39,752 nt of DNA from Tortispora ganteri (Eukaryota): the NCBI GenBank assembly GCA_003707115.1, contig PPNB01000012.1, positions 186,001-225,752 of the forward strand. The letters run 5' to 3'. A program made the position numbers and the translations under genes. Positions 28,837-38,739 of the stretch are shown piece after piece. Under the pieces are notes generated by a model, which saw nothing but the letters and a program-made list of their open reading frames with translations, had not been told where the DNA came from and ran no database searches. Positions within the stretch are counted from its first letter, which is position 1; each line of letters begins with the position of its first letter.

Positions 28837-29856
28837 ATGACTACTGCTGAGAATAGTGAGCCTGTAAGTGTAACACCAATTTCAACGGACGCCCCCGCCA
28901 CCGCAACCGACATCGACCAGCGACGCCTGTTCATACGGAATCTGTCGTTCAAGGTCAATGCCGCTGACCTTCAAGAGTTCTTGTCCGGGTACCAGCTTGA
29001 AAAGCTTTCGATTGCTGCTAAACGGATAAGTAAGGATCATCCTGGCAGACGTCGTTTGGGATTTGCGTTTGCCACGCTGGCGACCAGCGACGAGGCTGCG
29101 CGGGCCAAGGACGAACTCAATGGTAAAGAGCTGCTAGGTCGTGAAGTCATGATTGAAATGGCAGTCCCGCCAGATCCGGCCGTAAAGAGCCAAAAGAAAG
29201 CTGAGCGAAAGAAAGCTCGAAAAGAGGCCAAGAATCAAGCCAAAGCCAAAGCTGATGCTGCTGCCGATGTCGATGTCGATGCGAATTTGAAAACCGATAC
29301 TGGTGCGAATTCTGAGACTAAATCTGCTGTCGCTGATAGTAATGGCATTTCTAAGATTCGCAGACCCAAGAAGATAAATCCCGATGAAGCTACACCCAGC
29401 AAAGATACTGTTTATGTTTCAAATGTCGATTATACTGCTACCCCAGATGAACTTACTGAGTTTGTGAAGGGCCTTGGGATCGAACCTAAGGATGTGAATG
29501 TCCCGCGTCGAAGATTGCCATTCCACTTCTGGAAGAAGAACCAGCTTCTTGGCACTCCGATTAAAGGGCGTGGATTCGCGTTTGTGAAGGTTTCCTCTGA
29601 GGAGGAGCTCTCCAAAGCAGTTGAGCTGTTGAACGGCAAGACGTTCAAAGACCGAATTCTTACGGCAGTAGTGGCTATGGAAGGCGCTGCCGATTCTTCT
29701 GATTCGGCCAGCAACCCTACTGCTGAGTCTGATGAATCCGCTGACAAAATCGATAGTGCGCTGCCAGCTTCAGATGAGCCTGAGCAGAAAGACGACAGTG
29801 CAACTAACAAAACCGATGCTGAAACTGTGACCGCGACTGTGGCTTCTACAGATTAA
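28837..29856 (+). CDS. Two-RRM RNA-binding protein (Sbp1/Rnp24-like)
   Basis: RNP2/RNP1 pairs 'LFIRNL...LGFAFATL' and 'SKDTVYVSNV...KGRGFAFVKV'; Lys/Ala-rich linker; acidic tail. Confidence 0.8.
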   Translation: MTTAENSEPVSVTPISTDAPATATDIDQRRLFIRNLSFKVNAADLQEFLSGYQLEKLSIAAKRISKDHPGRRRLGFAFATLATSDEAARAKDELNGKELLGREVMIEMAVPPDPAVKSQKKAERKKARKEAKNQAKAKADAAADVDVDANLKTDTGANSETKSAVADSNGISKIRRPKKINPDEATPSKDTVYVSNVDYTATPDELTEFVKGLGIEPKDVNVPRRRLPFHFWKKNQLLGTPIKGRGFAFVKVSSEEELSKAVELLNGKTFKDRILTAVVAMEGAADSSDSASNPTAESDESADKIDSALPASDEPEQKDDSATNKTDAETVTATVASTD

Positions 29857-30098
29857 GCAGTTAGGAAAATTGAATGACAATGTACGTATAGCGTTACACT
29901 AATAGCTAATATAATAAAATGAGACCATATTTGGGGCTCGACGGGTGTAGCAGGAAGTAGCTTTTACACTAGTTTCTCCGACATCGACTTAATACCAAAT
30001 ATATGCCGATCTTGAGAACTGATCACTCACTAACCTTGGGTGGGTTAAGGTTTAGCAGGATAAGCTCTATATGAGCCGCATTATCCGTATTGAGGAAG

Positions 30099-30327
30099 TG
30101 AGCAATTTAAGACACCTGCTAGATGCACCGCCTGAGAGCACACAGACATACCATACACATCGATATATGTGTGCAAAAGATAAAATAAAAAATTAAAGAA
30201 GTAATAAAGAAGTAATATTTACATTATAGATATTCATATGACAATATTTCCTCGGATAGCGCGCTTGGTGCGGATAATATAAAAACCATAATGAGTTCTA
30301 AATCAACACTTATTTTTTTTGCGCAAA
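30099..30327. promoter_or_regulatory. Putative Mac1-type copper response elements
   Basis: Palindromic TTTGCGCAAA 30318-30327 matches TTTGC(T/G)C(A/G) on both strands; near matches TGAGCAAT 30099-30106 and TGTGCAAA 30170-30177. Confidence 0.55.
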
Positions 30328-30519
30328 TTCCAAATTAGGAATCTGCGTGCACAATGACAGACTTAATATATAACAACAAGATGTGCAGAGCTTTTCTTGC
30401 TAAGTTTTTTTTCTTTCTCTAGACGCAAATAACAGCGAGTTATAAAGTCTTTTATTCAACTCAGTAACAGCAGCTCACCCTTTTCTATTTCGAATAACTA
30501 AACAAAGCCTACAGAAGAT

Positions 30520-31299
30520 ATGGAAGGACACGAAGGACATATGCACATGGACTCAAGCGTCATGGAAATGGCTACCAGCACTGTCGCTACGGTTATGAAC
30601 ATGGCCAGCACAGGAATGGGAGATATGCACATGCATATGGACATGACTAGCACAGGCACGGCTACTGCTGCACATGCTACTGCGACCAAAGCCATGAGTA
30701 TGGGTATGGGCATGGGATCGGGATCTTCCTGCAAGATCAGCATGTTATGGAACTGGAACACTATTGACGCCTGTTTTATCCACAAAGGATGGCACATTAC
30801 GACCCGTGGCATGTTTGCCGGATCGTGTATCGGTATCTTCTTGATGGCATTCACGACAATGGGTGTTAACCGCGCTCTCCGGGAATTCGACAGATACATT
30901 GTGCGAGAGCGTCTGGCCGACGCTAAGGCCAAAGCTACTGGCACATCCGGTTCGATAAACGGTAAGGATATCTCAGTCGAGGAGTCTGCGGACCTTGGTG
31001 CTACTGCACCTGTAGCAGGCGGGATGGACATTACCTCTCCTACTTCGTACTTCTCTGCGATTTGGGCCGGTGATATTAATGGCAAAGTGTACCCTACTTT
31101 GTGGCAACAGCTGCTCAAGGGTTTGCTCTACGGTGTATATGTGTGCGGATCATACTTCTGCATGTTGCTTGCTATGTACTACAATGGATATGTCATAATC
31201 TGTCTCTTCTTGGGATTCATGTTCGGCCATTTTGCCTTCACATATGAGCCCGTCGCTGAGAGAAGTGCGATCGACAAAAATGAAGGGTGCTGCTGTTAA
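30520..31299 (+). CDS. High-affinity copper transporter, Ctr family (Ctr3/Ctr4-like)
   Basis: Met/His-rich N-terminus (HMHMD twice, MSMGMGMG), 'CKISMLWNWNTIDACFI', MxxxM 'MLLAMYYNG', GxxxG in TM3, C-terminal CCC. Confidence 0.95.
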   Translation: MEGHEGHMHMDSSVMEMATSTVATVMNMASTGMGDMHMHMDMTSTGTATAAHATATKAMSMGMGMGSGSSCKISMLWNWNTIDACFIHKGWHITTRGMFAGSCIGIFLMAFTTMGVNRALREFDRYIVRERLADAKAKATGTSGSINGKDISVEESADLGATAPVAGGMDITSPTSYFSAIWAGDINGKVYPTLWQQLLKGLLYGVYVCGSYFCMLLAMYYNGYVIICLFLGFMFGHFAFTYEPVAERSAIDKNEGCCC

Positions 31300-32106
31300 A
31301 CTGCCACTACATCAACTATCGCGACTCACGACCGTCCAATGTAATTATTATTATATTATATTATATTTTATATTATAGTTTGTTTTTAAAAAGGCCTGTA
31401 GATCGCAATATTAAAGTATTTTTTTGCCAAATTCTTGGCGGCCCTCGACCCTGAACGGTATCATTCTGAGACTTCGATGACTAAGGACCCGAAAACGCGG
31501 CTCGCAGCCTCGCAAGGATTGCATAGCATATAGTTGATGCAGGTACTGATGATGGCAAACTTCTAAAACCGTACTCTACTTCTTTCAGCTCACAATCTGC
31601 TTTCTACGCTATCTTTCTCAAAGCTCGGATATACAAATATGCCTTGTTAATTGTCATAGAAACTACCAATCAGAAACGGCACTGTTTCTTCTTTGGGAAT
31701 TTTTTAACTTTGCTCATTCTTGAATTGTCCAATAACAGCTTATGGTCTTTACAGGCCCTGAAAGCTATCCCAACTACCGATTTTATCACCATTCTGCACT
31801 AGACGCATTCTCACCTTTTCGTTTACAGAATTACGAGCGTTCGGCGTCATTTCTTCTTTTCTCATCGCTTGTAGTTTACTGTTCTTTTGGTTGCAATTTA
31901 GCATCTTTTGGCACTGCTCTTGCACATATTCCCCTGCATTCTCTTCTTGCCCGAGGTTAACTCGGCTCTCTTCGTTTTTCTCTTTGATCTGCGCGACCTG
32001 GCTATTCCCCGCTTGCATCCTCACTTTTTCACCGCCACAACGGATCTCGTTATAACCAATTAACACACAGTATTGTGTGTGTTTTTATTTACTTCTTTTA
32101 AAAAAA

Positions 32107-33426
32107 ATGCGCGCTTTTGACATGTCTCGTTTGGCGCAAGGCTATTTCTTTATCGCTCTCTTCTGCCTCTTTACCGGCTTCGCGAACGCCAACCAGGACC
32201 TTTGTTCTTCACAAAACACAGGCACCTTCGTCAAATACGACAATTTTATGTCTAATGGACTCTGTTCCGGATACTGCTCCGGATACGCTTACGCGATCGT
32301 CCAGGGCATGAACTGCTACTGTAGCAACGAAACTCCTGCCTCAACCGTGTCGCTTAACGACTGCAACTCTGAATGTAGCGGATACCCCTACGAGAAGTGC
32401 GGCGGTGATGGCGTCTACGGATACATCCTTATTGGCGTTCCTTTAGGTACTGCAGCCGCTGACAGCGAATCACCCTCTGCGACCACTAGATTGTCTACCG
32501 GTAGTCCAACCAGAGGAACTTCTACCACCACTACCACAAAGTCCAGTGCTGTAGACTCATCTGATGAAGAAACTACAACAATCATGCAACCTTCCTCAAC
32601 CTCGACGTTATCTGAGTCTGATAATGACTCCTCTAACACGCCGAGCTCCACTACTACCTCGTCATCCTCTTCATCCTCTTCATCCTCTTCATCCTCTTCA
32701 TCCTCGCCTTCTAGCTCTAGCGATAGTTCAAGCTCTTCTGCGACTGTTGAAGACTCTACATCAAGTGATTTTTTTTCTAGCGCTGGCAAAGTTGCCGGTG
32801 TTTTCACTGCTGTCGGTGTGATCGTTGTTGCGCTTATCGCTTTTCTCGTATTTTTCTTGCACAGAAGAAGACGTTCCGGGAAAAACGCGCTCAACTCTCG
32901 CGGCTCCGAGTCTCCAATTACCGACAATATTATGCATCAAAATGATTTAGGTGGCGGTCAAGCATTGGTGTATAGCCGCGCCCCCGTACCTGGTCCTCGT
33001 GTACCGCCTAAACCGCCAAGTTCAGGTGGAATAGGCGGCATGACAACATCCGCTTCAGCCCCGATAGCTGCTGCTGCTATGAGCAGAGACAAGTCTGCTC
33101 AAAGTATACCGCATTCTTTGTCGCAATCTCGATCGTTGACTTCAAAATCTTCTCACGAATACGTCTTACCCATGCCTGCTGGTATAGGAGGCCAGACATC
33201 TCTTTCACCGATAAAATCAGCATCTGAAAACACAAACAGACATTCGGAATCGCGATTTGATCCCAGGTCAATGGTTATGATGCAATGGAACGACAACGCT
33301 AGCCGTCCTTCGATAGACGAGGACAGTGCACAGAGACGAATCTTGCGTGTCACAAACCCGGACGGTGACTACGACGATCAAAGCTCCGTTAACACAGACG
33401 ACGAGCCTACGCTTCCAAATATATAA
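32107..33426 (+). CDS. WSC-family cell wall integrity sensor (Wsc1/Slg1-like)
   Basis: Signal peptide, 8-Cys WSC domain, Ser/Thr-rich stalk, TM 'VAGVFTAVGVIVVALIAFLVFFL' plus RRRR, cytoplasmic 'SRFDP' and 'RILRVTNPD'. Start at ATG 32107 or 32122. Confidence 0.92.
   Translation: MRAFDMSRLAQGYFFIALFCLFTGFANANQDLCSSQNTGTFVKYDNFMSNGLCSGYCSGYAYAIVQGMNCYCSNETPASTVSLNDCNSECSGYPYEKCGGDGVYGYILIGVPLGTAAADSESPSATTRLSTGSPTRGTSTTTTTKSSAVDSSDEETTTIMQPSSTSTLSESDNDSSNTPSSTTTSSSSSSSSSSSSSSSSPSSSSDSSSSSATVEDSTSSDFFSSAGKVAGVFTAVGVIVVALIAFLVFFLHRRRRSGKNALNSRGSESPITDNIMHQNDLGGGQALVYSRAPVPGPRVPPKPPSSGGIGGMTTSASAPIAAAAMSRDKSAQSIPHSLSQSRSLTSKSSHEYVLPMPAGIGGQTSLSPIKSASENTNRHSESRFDPRSMVMMQWNDNASRPSIDEDSAQRRILRVTNPDGDYDDQSSVNTDDEPTLPNI
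32662..32706 (+). repeat. Coding tandem repeat (TCATCCTCT)x5 encoding poly-Ser
   Basis: Four perfect and one imperfect 9-bp units in the WSC stalk. Confidence 0.9.
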
Positions 33427-33742
33427 GAGAGAGACATACATATGGCCTGCCGGACTTGTATCTCTACCCGTTTATTCTTGCACATATCTACGCCCTCACC
33501 CGTCTTCACACGTCCAGACCTCCCCAATCATGTTTATGTTAGGTAGATTGGCTCAAAAAAACGCCTCGTTTCTTTCACATACAAAAATCCTTTGCACTCC
33601 GAACCGTTTCCATTTTGTCTATTCTTTTATGGATGCTTTCGGCCTCGTCAATATATCGCATTTTTTTTGTTCACTTACGTACTACTGTAACAGTTTTTTT
33701 ACACACGGCTTCAGCCTTACATGTTCGTAAATTCGTTATTCG

Positions 33743-34363
33743 TTAATATGCAGCCTCGTTGTCCTCGTCTAGATCTTCTATTTCCTCTCCATCATCGAAG
33801 TACCGTTCGGCGTTATAGTCGCCATCCTCGTCTTCGTCGAAATCGTCTTCATCTTCCTGTCTAGTTTCTTCGTCCTCGTCATCGTCCTGCGGCCGGTCCT
33901 CGTCCGCCGCTGTAGTCTTTCCATCGTCAAAAAGGTTGAACATGCGGTCAAGAATGGCTGTTTTGCCGCCTTCTAATTCGGTGAACTTCCTTTTAGTGCC
34001 ACGTTGCTGACCCATCGATTGACGCAGCTCGAGAGGGAATTGATCCGGGTAGTAGGAGATCAGGTCTTCAAGCTCTTTTTGATTGGCGACTACCGACCCA
34101 TTCTTGCGAATGTAGCGGTCAGAGTATCGTTTGACACCATCTCCAAGTCCACTATTTGCGTCCTGCCGCCGAGTGCCATAGTCTGAGTGTAGCTGGCTGT
34201 TGCGAATTCGATCGTGCATCTCCATAAAGAATGCTGCACTAGCGATCTCATCCGTTGTAGGCGACCCCTGCATCAATGTAACAATATTCGGTTGATTGCA
34301 TACCGGCGCGATTTTTTCTGGAGCAATACCTAAACCAAAACTCTGACGGCGGTGGCGCTGCAT
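33743..34363 (-). CDS. RPC31: RNA polymerase III subunit C31 (RPC7)
   Basis: 'DGVKRYSDRY', 'FPLELR', acidic tail 'DDFDEDEDGDYNAERYFDDGE...EAAY'. Confidence 0.85.
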   Translation of the reverse strand: MQRHRRQSFGLGIAPEKIAPVCNQPNIVTLMQGSPTTDEIASAAFFMEMHDRIRNSQLHSDYGTRRQDANSGLGDGVKRYSDRYIRKNGSVVANQKELEDLISYYPDQFPLELRQSMGQQRGTKRKFTELEGGKTAILDRMFNLFDDGKTTAADEDRPQDDDEDEETRQEDEDDFDEDEDGDYNAERYFDDGEEIEDLDEDNEAAY

Positions 34364-34468
34364 TTCAGGTCGTCAAACTAATTAAGAAAAGAAAAAAGTT
34401 GACTAGTATAAGCAGTCAAACTGAATATTTGGCCATATTGGGAAATTGACCTGTCCCTACCATTTCAG

Positions 34469-35140
34469 ATGAAGCTCTTGGGATTGCATTTACCAAAAAC
34501 ACCAAAGACGGTAATGTTTCGTGCAGCATTTCGTACAACGCCTCTTCGCGCAAGACCGGTAATTAATCGACGCTTAAAACATTCTAAAACAACCCAATTG
34601 ACAAACTCTCAAAAAGATGAAATCCACAAAATGATTAGGGTCGACCAATCGGGCGAACTAGCTGCAGATCTTATTTACAAGGGTCAATACGCCGTACTTA
34701 CCCGAACCCGTCCAGAGCTCGAGCCGCTGCTTAAACACATGTGGGAACAAGAAATACATCATCGAAAAACCTTTAACGCCCTTCAGAATGAGTACAGAGT
34801 GCGTCCAAGTCTTCTGACTGACGTATGGAAGATAGCTGCCTTGACCCTAGGTGTGGGAACTGCTCTGATGGGCAAAGAGGCGGCTATGGCATGCACTGAG
34901 GCAGTAGAAACTGTTATTGGAGGACACTACGAGGATCAATTAAGAATGCTGGAATCATGTCCCGATACCGACGATATCAAGAAACTGCGCGAGGTCGCCA
35001 AAAAGTTTCGAGACGAGGAATTGGAGCATCTCGACATTGCAGTAGAGAATGATTCTGCTGAGGCACGACCGTACTGGTTATTAACTGAAACAATTAAAAC
35101 AGGATGCCGTGCTGCGATCTGGGTCGCATCAAGGATTTAA
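34469..35140 (+). CDS. COQ7: 5-demethoxyubiquinone hydroxylase Coq7/Cat5
   Basis: 'IRVDQSGELAADLIYKGQ', 'EQEIHH', 'AMACTEAVETVIGGHY', 'RDEELEHLD'; presequence, possibly starting at ATG 34514 (MFRAAFR). Confidence 0.96.
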   Translation: MKLLGLHLPKTPKTVMFRAAFRTTPLRARPVINRRLKHSKTTQLTNSQKDEIHKMIRVDQSGELAADLIYKGQYAVLTRTRPELEPLLKHMWEQEIHHRKTFNALQNEYRVRPSLLTDVWKIAALTLGVGTALMGKEAAMACTEAVETVIGGHYEDQLRMLESCPDTDDIKKLREVAKKFRDEELEHLDIAVENDSAEARPYWLLTETIKTGCRAAIWVASRI

Positions 35141-35189
35141 ATTTTTATGCGGGAAAACGTGATCTATTCGAGCATGCAATGCGTTTTGT

Positions 35190-36587
35190 TTAACCAGTTT
35201 CGTCAGCCACTACGGCTCTAGGCTCTGAGAAATTGTCTCTGGCCTCGTAATACGCGCGCGTCACCTCTGTTCCCCACGGACCCAAATGGCTTAGCCTACT
35301 GTGTTCGTGCAGCCGACTCAGAAGCTGCAGCCTTATAGAAAGAACCTCGTTGTCTCGTATAGGTGCCGAATCTGGCGTCGAGTCCAAAAGCCTTTCCATG
35401 ACTTTCGGCATCTTGCTGAGTACTAAGATTCCTGCATCTGAGGAGCACAACGACAAGCATAATTGGAGCATGTAGGGATATTGTAACCGCATAAAAACGT
35501 CTGCCTGAGGCGAGCTGAGTGCCAGGGTGTGAGCATGCGAGTATATATTACAGTATATCGGGACCTGAGCGGCTGTAGTGAGGGGAGCCAACCTGTTCTT
35601 GACGTAGCTGGCGCCAGAAGGCAACAAAGCAAGTAGTTGCGGAGACATGCGGCTGATGAGTATGGCGGCGGGGACTTTAGGTGAGGGAGAGAGTGAGTCG
35701 ATAATGTGGAGTTCGTGATCGAGATTGCCGAAGACATTGTGTTCTGTAAAGGACAAAGCGACCAAAAAGGACGCAGAGCTCGTCTCGACAGTGCGTTGCG
35801 TGATGTCGGAAGATGAGCCATCGCGTTTAGCAGATTCAACGAAATACTTTGCAATAATGATTGCTTGCGGCATAATCTCGGTAGGGACCATGTCTGGCGG
35901 GTGCGGGTTGCGCACTATGTTAGTGTAGAATTCAAGAACGTTCATCAACAGGAGAGGATCATTATAGTCACTGAGATTTTGAGGATCGGGTATATCGTAA
36001 GAAAGTAAGTCCCTGAGATCGCGTACGGAGTCCATGAAGGGCAAGATTTCAGCGACGATTGCCATTGACCGAGTTTTTTGTACTGCAGTGCCCTGGTGCA
36101 ACTGGAGTAAGATGTTGCGACAGTCGTCTGAGAGGAGACGTTTTCGAACTAGTTCGCCAGTAACAAGACGACGAATCACACGTTCAAACGCAGAGGCAAC
36201 GGAATCGTCAGCGGTAAGCAGTACTTTGAGCATCGTGTACAATGCCGGGGTATTGGCCACCAGGTCTGGGGGGCGTGCTCTGCCGATGGTGTTGGCACAC
36301 AGGGATGCCAATTCTGGTACTTCTAAGCCTTTTGTAAGATATTCACCAACGACTGAGTAAACCTCATTATATGGGCCAGAGAAAATAGATGCCAATAGCG
36401 GGCTTAGTTGAACTGCGTGGGTCAATAGAAGGGGAGCGATATCGGGCCAGATGTCTTTAGCTTGTGCTGGACCGAGTGCCAATGAGCCATCTTGAATAAG
36501 TTCGTAGTCGATATCACTTTTGCCTTCATTGACATCCTTGAAATGATTTGAAAGGCGATCAATAAGCTGTTGAGTAGATGAAGTCAT
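35190..36587 (-). CDS. HSM3: ARM/HEAT-like protein, probable proteasome 19S chaperone Hsm3
   Basis: 465-aa helical Leu-rich ORF; 'LVRKRLLSD', 'DPLLLMNVLEFY' and terminal 'PRAVVAD' resemble Hsm3-family blocks from memory. Confidence 0.5.
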   Translation of the reverse strand: MTSSTQQLIDRLSNHFKDVNEGKSDIDYELIQDGSLALGPAQAKDIWPDIAPLLLTHAVQLSPLLASIFSGPYNEVYSVVGEYLTKGLEVPELASLCANTIGRARPPDLVANTPALYTMLKVLLTADDSVASAFERVIRRLVTGELVRKRLLSDDCRNILLQLHQGTAVQKTRSMAIVAEILPFMDSVRDLRDLLSYDIPDPQNLSDYNDPLLLMNVLEFYTNIVRNPHPPDMVPTEIMPQAIIIAKYFVESAKRDGSSSDITQRTVETSSASFLVALSFTEHNVFGNLDHELHIIDSLSPSPKVPAAILISRMSPQLLALLPSGASYVKNRLAPLTTAAQVPIYCNIYSHAHTLALSSPQADVFMRLQYPYMLQLCLSLCSSDAGILVLSKMPKVMERLLDSTPDSAPIRDNEVLSIRLQLLSRLHEHSRLSHLGPWGTEVTRAYYEARDNFSEPRAVVADETG

Positions 36588-36976
36588 TTAACAAATAGAC
36601 AAGTTATGTAGATGCAAATGAAGGTACTAGGGTGGTTGTGATGGTTCCCCCACAAACTTGACTAATTTAACGTTTCAATTAAGGTTTCATAAGTATTTTA
36701 TGTGGTTACTAGTTTGTATACTGCCTGGTGTGCATTTATTGCTAAAAACTATACGATTGTGCAACTGAAGAAAAATAAAAATTAAGAGATTTGTAAAGTA
36801 CTGGAATTGCAGTTATAGTAGTTGTGGCAATTTGATGGATACAATTTTCGAATGTCGACATCTGCTTCCCCCCAACTTGTCCCCGGATAAATGCGAATAA
36901 CATTGAACTTTAAAGGCAAGAAAACCAAAACTAATTGGCTTTTCGAAAAGAAAAAAAAGAAAAACTACTTGTGCGA

Positions 36977-38704
36977 ATGATTCTCATAATTTATGGATCT
37001 GAGACCGGGAACTCGGCAGATCTGGCGATGCAGTTGGACCGCAAATTACGCCGGAACGGGATACACTGTAAACTAGGCAGCTTGGACCATCTGGGTCCGG
37101 ACTTGAAGTCAGCGTCTATTGCGATATTCATTATCTCGACCACAGGTCAAGGTATACTTCCACGGAACTGTCGGCAATTTTGGGCGTATCTTTTGCGCAA
37201 ATCGCTACCTGGAGACTATCTTGCGAACTTGAAATTTGCATCATTTGGGCTTGGTGACTCATCATATATCAAATACAACTATGCCGTAAAGAAACTACAT
37301 GCACGGTTATTACAGCTAGGAGCTCATCAGTTCGGCGACAGAGTCGAGGCTGACGAGCAAGATAATCCACAAATGACTTTCGAGTACTGGGCTAATTCAC
37401 TGCTTGAATATATGCCATGTATAGACCCCAAACCGCTTGATACATCGACATCTCTTCTTGCTCCACGGTACCCGCTAGTAATCTGCACTGACAAGCCACG
37501 ACGGCTCGCGCCAGATGCCAAAGGGTCAAGATCACTTCCCGTCGCTACTGTCTGCGAAAACAAGCGTATTACTGACCCGTCACATTTCCAGGACGTACGG
37601 CTGATATCCCTAGAACAACAACCAACCGACTACACTACCATTCAGCCAGGAGATTCTTGTACTATATACCCCGAGAATGACCCGATACAGGTACAAACAT
37701 TATTAGATTTGCAAAATTGGTCAGATATAGCCGATTACCCTGTTGATATTGACCTAGAATATTGGCACGACACGCAACCTGTTCGACCATTGACTCTTAG
37801 GTCGCTAATCGCACATCACCTAGATATTATGTCCGTTCCACGTCAGAGTTTCTTTGAAGTTGCGCAACACTTTTCTGATCCGAAAGATTCTGAGGATGGT
37901 CGTGAACGCGAAAAGTTAGAAGACTTTTCCTCTATTGAAGGTCAAGATGAACTGTACAATTACGCGAACCGTCCTCGCAGATCAATTCTTGAAACGATCG
38001 CTGAATTCAGCAGCCTCAAAATACCAGTAGAGTACATCCTAGAACTAATTCCGCCTTTGAGACCACGTCTCTTTTCAATCTCTTCAATTGGTCCGCATCT
38101 AGAATTGATAGTAGGACTAGTGAAATACAAAACGATTCTCAGAAGGATACGCAAGGGCGTATGTTCAGACTATTTTACAAGACTACAAGTCGGGACCAAA
38201 ATCAATTACTCCATTGTGAAGTCACCATTTAGACTTCCTTCACCAGAAAAACCCATTGTCATGATAGCGCCAGGGACAGGAGTGGCGCCAATGAGATGCC
38301 TTATACAGTATAGATTCCATCTCAACGATACCGTGCCTGTTGGCGAAAATGTTATTATATTCGGATGCAGGTACCACGATAAAGACTACTTCCTTAAAGA
38401 CGAATGGAACAGTTTGCTAGAACACAAAAACTTTCCATTCAAGGTAGTGACTGCATTTTCTCGCGAGGAACCAAAACAGTACGTGCAAAATGCGCTGCAT
38501 ATGCATGGGGACCGTATTGCCGAGTTGATACTAAACCAGAATGCATCTGTATATCTATGCGGCTCGTCAGGTGCTATGCCGAGACAGGTACGGGATACTT
38601 TGGTCGAGATTTTCTCGCGAAACGATCGTATGACTCACGAAGAAGCCTCAGAGTACCTATACACGATGGAGCGGACATCGCGGTACATCCAGGATACGTG
38701 GTAA
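36977..38704 (+). CDS. TAH18: NADPH-dependent diflavin oxidoreductase 1 (CIA pathway)
   Basis: 'IYGSETGNS', 'STTGQG', 'FGLGDSSY', 'HFQDVR', 'YNYANRPRRSILE', 'PRLFSISS', 'PGTGVAPMR', terminal 'RYIQDTW'; no N-terminal TM (unlike Ncp1). First ATG 36977. Confidence 0.93.
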   Translation: MILIIYGSETGNSADLAMQLDRKLRRNGIHCKLGSLDHLGPDLKSASIAIFIISTTGQGILPRNCRQFWAYLLRKSLPGDYLANLKFASFGLGDSSYIKYNYAVKKLHARLLQLGAHQFGDRVEADEQDNPQMTFEYWANSLLEYMPCIDPKPLDTSTSLLAPRYPLVICTDKPRRLAPDAKGSRSLPVATVCENKRITDPSHFQDVRLISLEQQPTDYTTIQPGDSCTIYPENDPIQVQTLLDLQNWSDIADYPVDIDLEYWHDTQPVRPLTLRSLIAHHLDIMSVPRQSFFEVAQHFSDPKDSEDGREREKLEDFSSIEGQDELYNYANRPRRSILETIAEFSSLKIPVEYILELIPPLRPRLFSISSIGPHLELIVGLVKYKTILRRIRKGVCSDYFTRLQVGTKINYSIVKSPFRLPSPEKPIVMIAPGTGVAPMRCLIQYRFHLNDTVPVGENVIIFGCRYHDKDYFLKDEWNSLLEHKNFPFKVVTAFSREEPKQYVQNALHMHGDRIAELILNQNASVYLCGSSGAMPRQVRDTLVEIFSRNDRMTHEEASEYLYTMERTSRYIQDTW

Positions 38705-38739
38705 TGATGACGATATGTTGCATATGGTTATATACACAC

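Noticed and set aside
30498..31118. 206-aa antisense ORF over the Ctr gene
   Set aside because: Shadow ORF from codon bias; non-ATG start, no motifs.
31343..31378. (TTATA)n AT-rich run after the Ctr stop
   Set aside because: Ordinary 3'-end efficiency-element-like low-complexity sequence.
32415..32927. 170-aa acidic antisense ORF in the WSC gene
   Set aside because: Reverse-strand reading of the poly-Ser repeat.
36823..36831. PACE/Rpn4-like TGTGGCAAT upstream of HSM3-like gene
   Set aside because: Two mismatches to GGTGGCAAA and a single copy; suggestive only.
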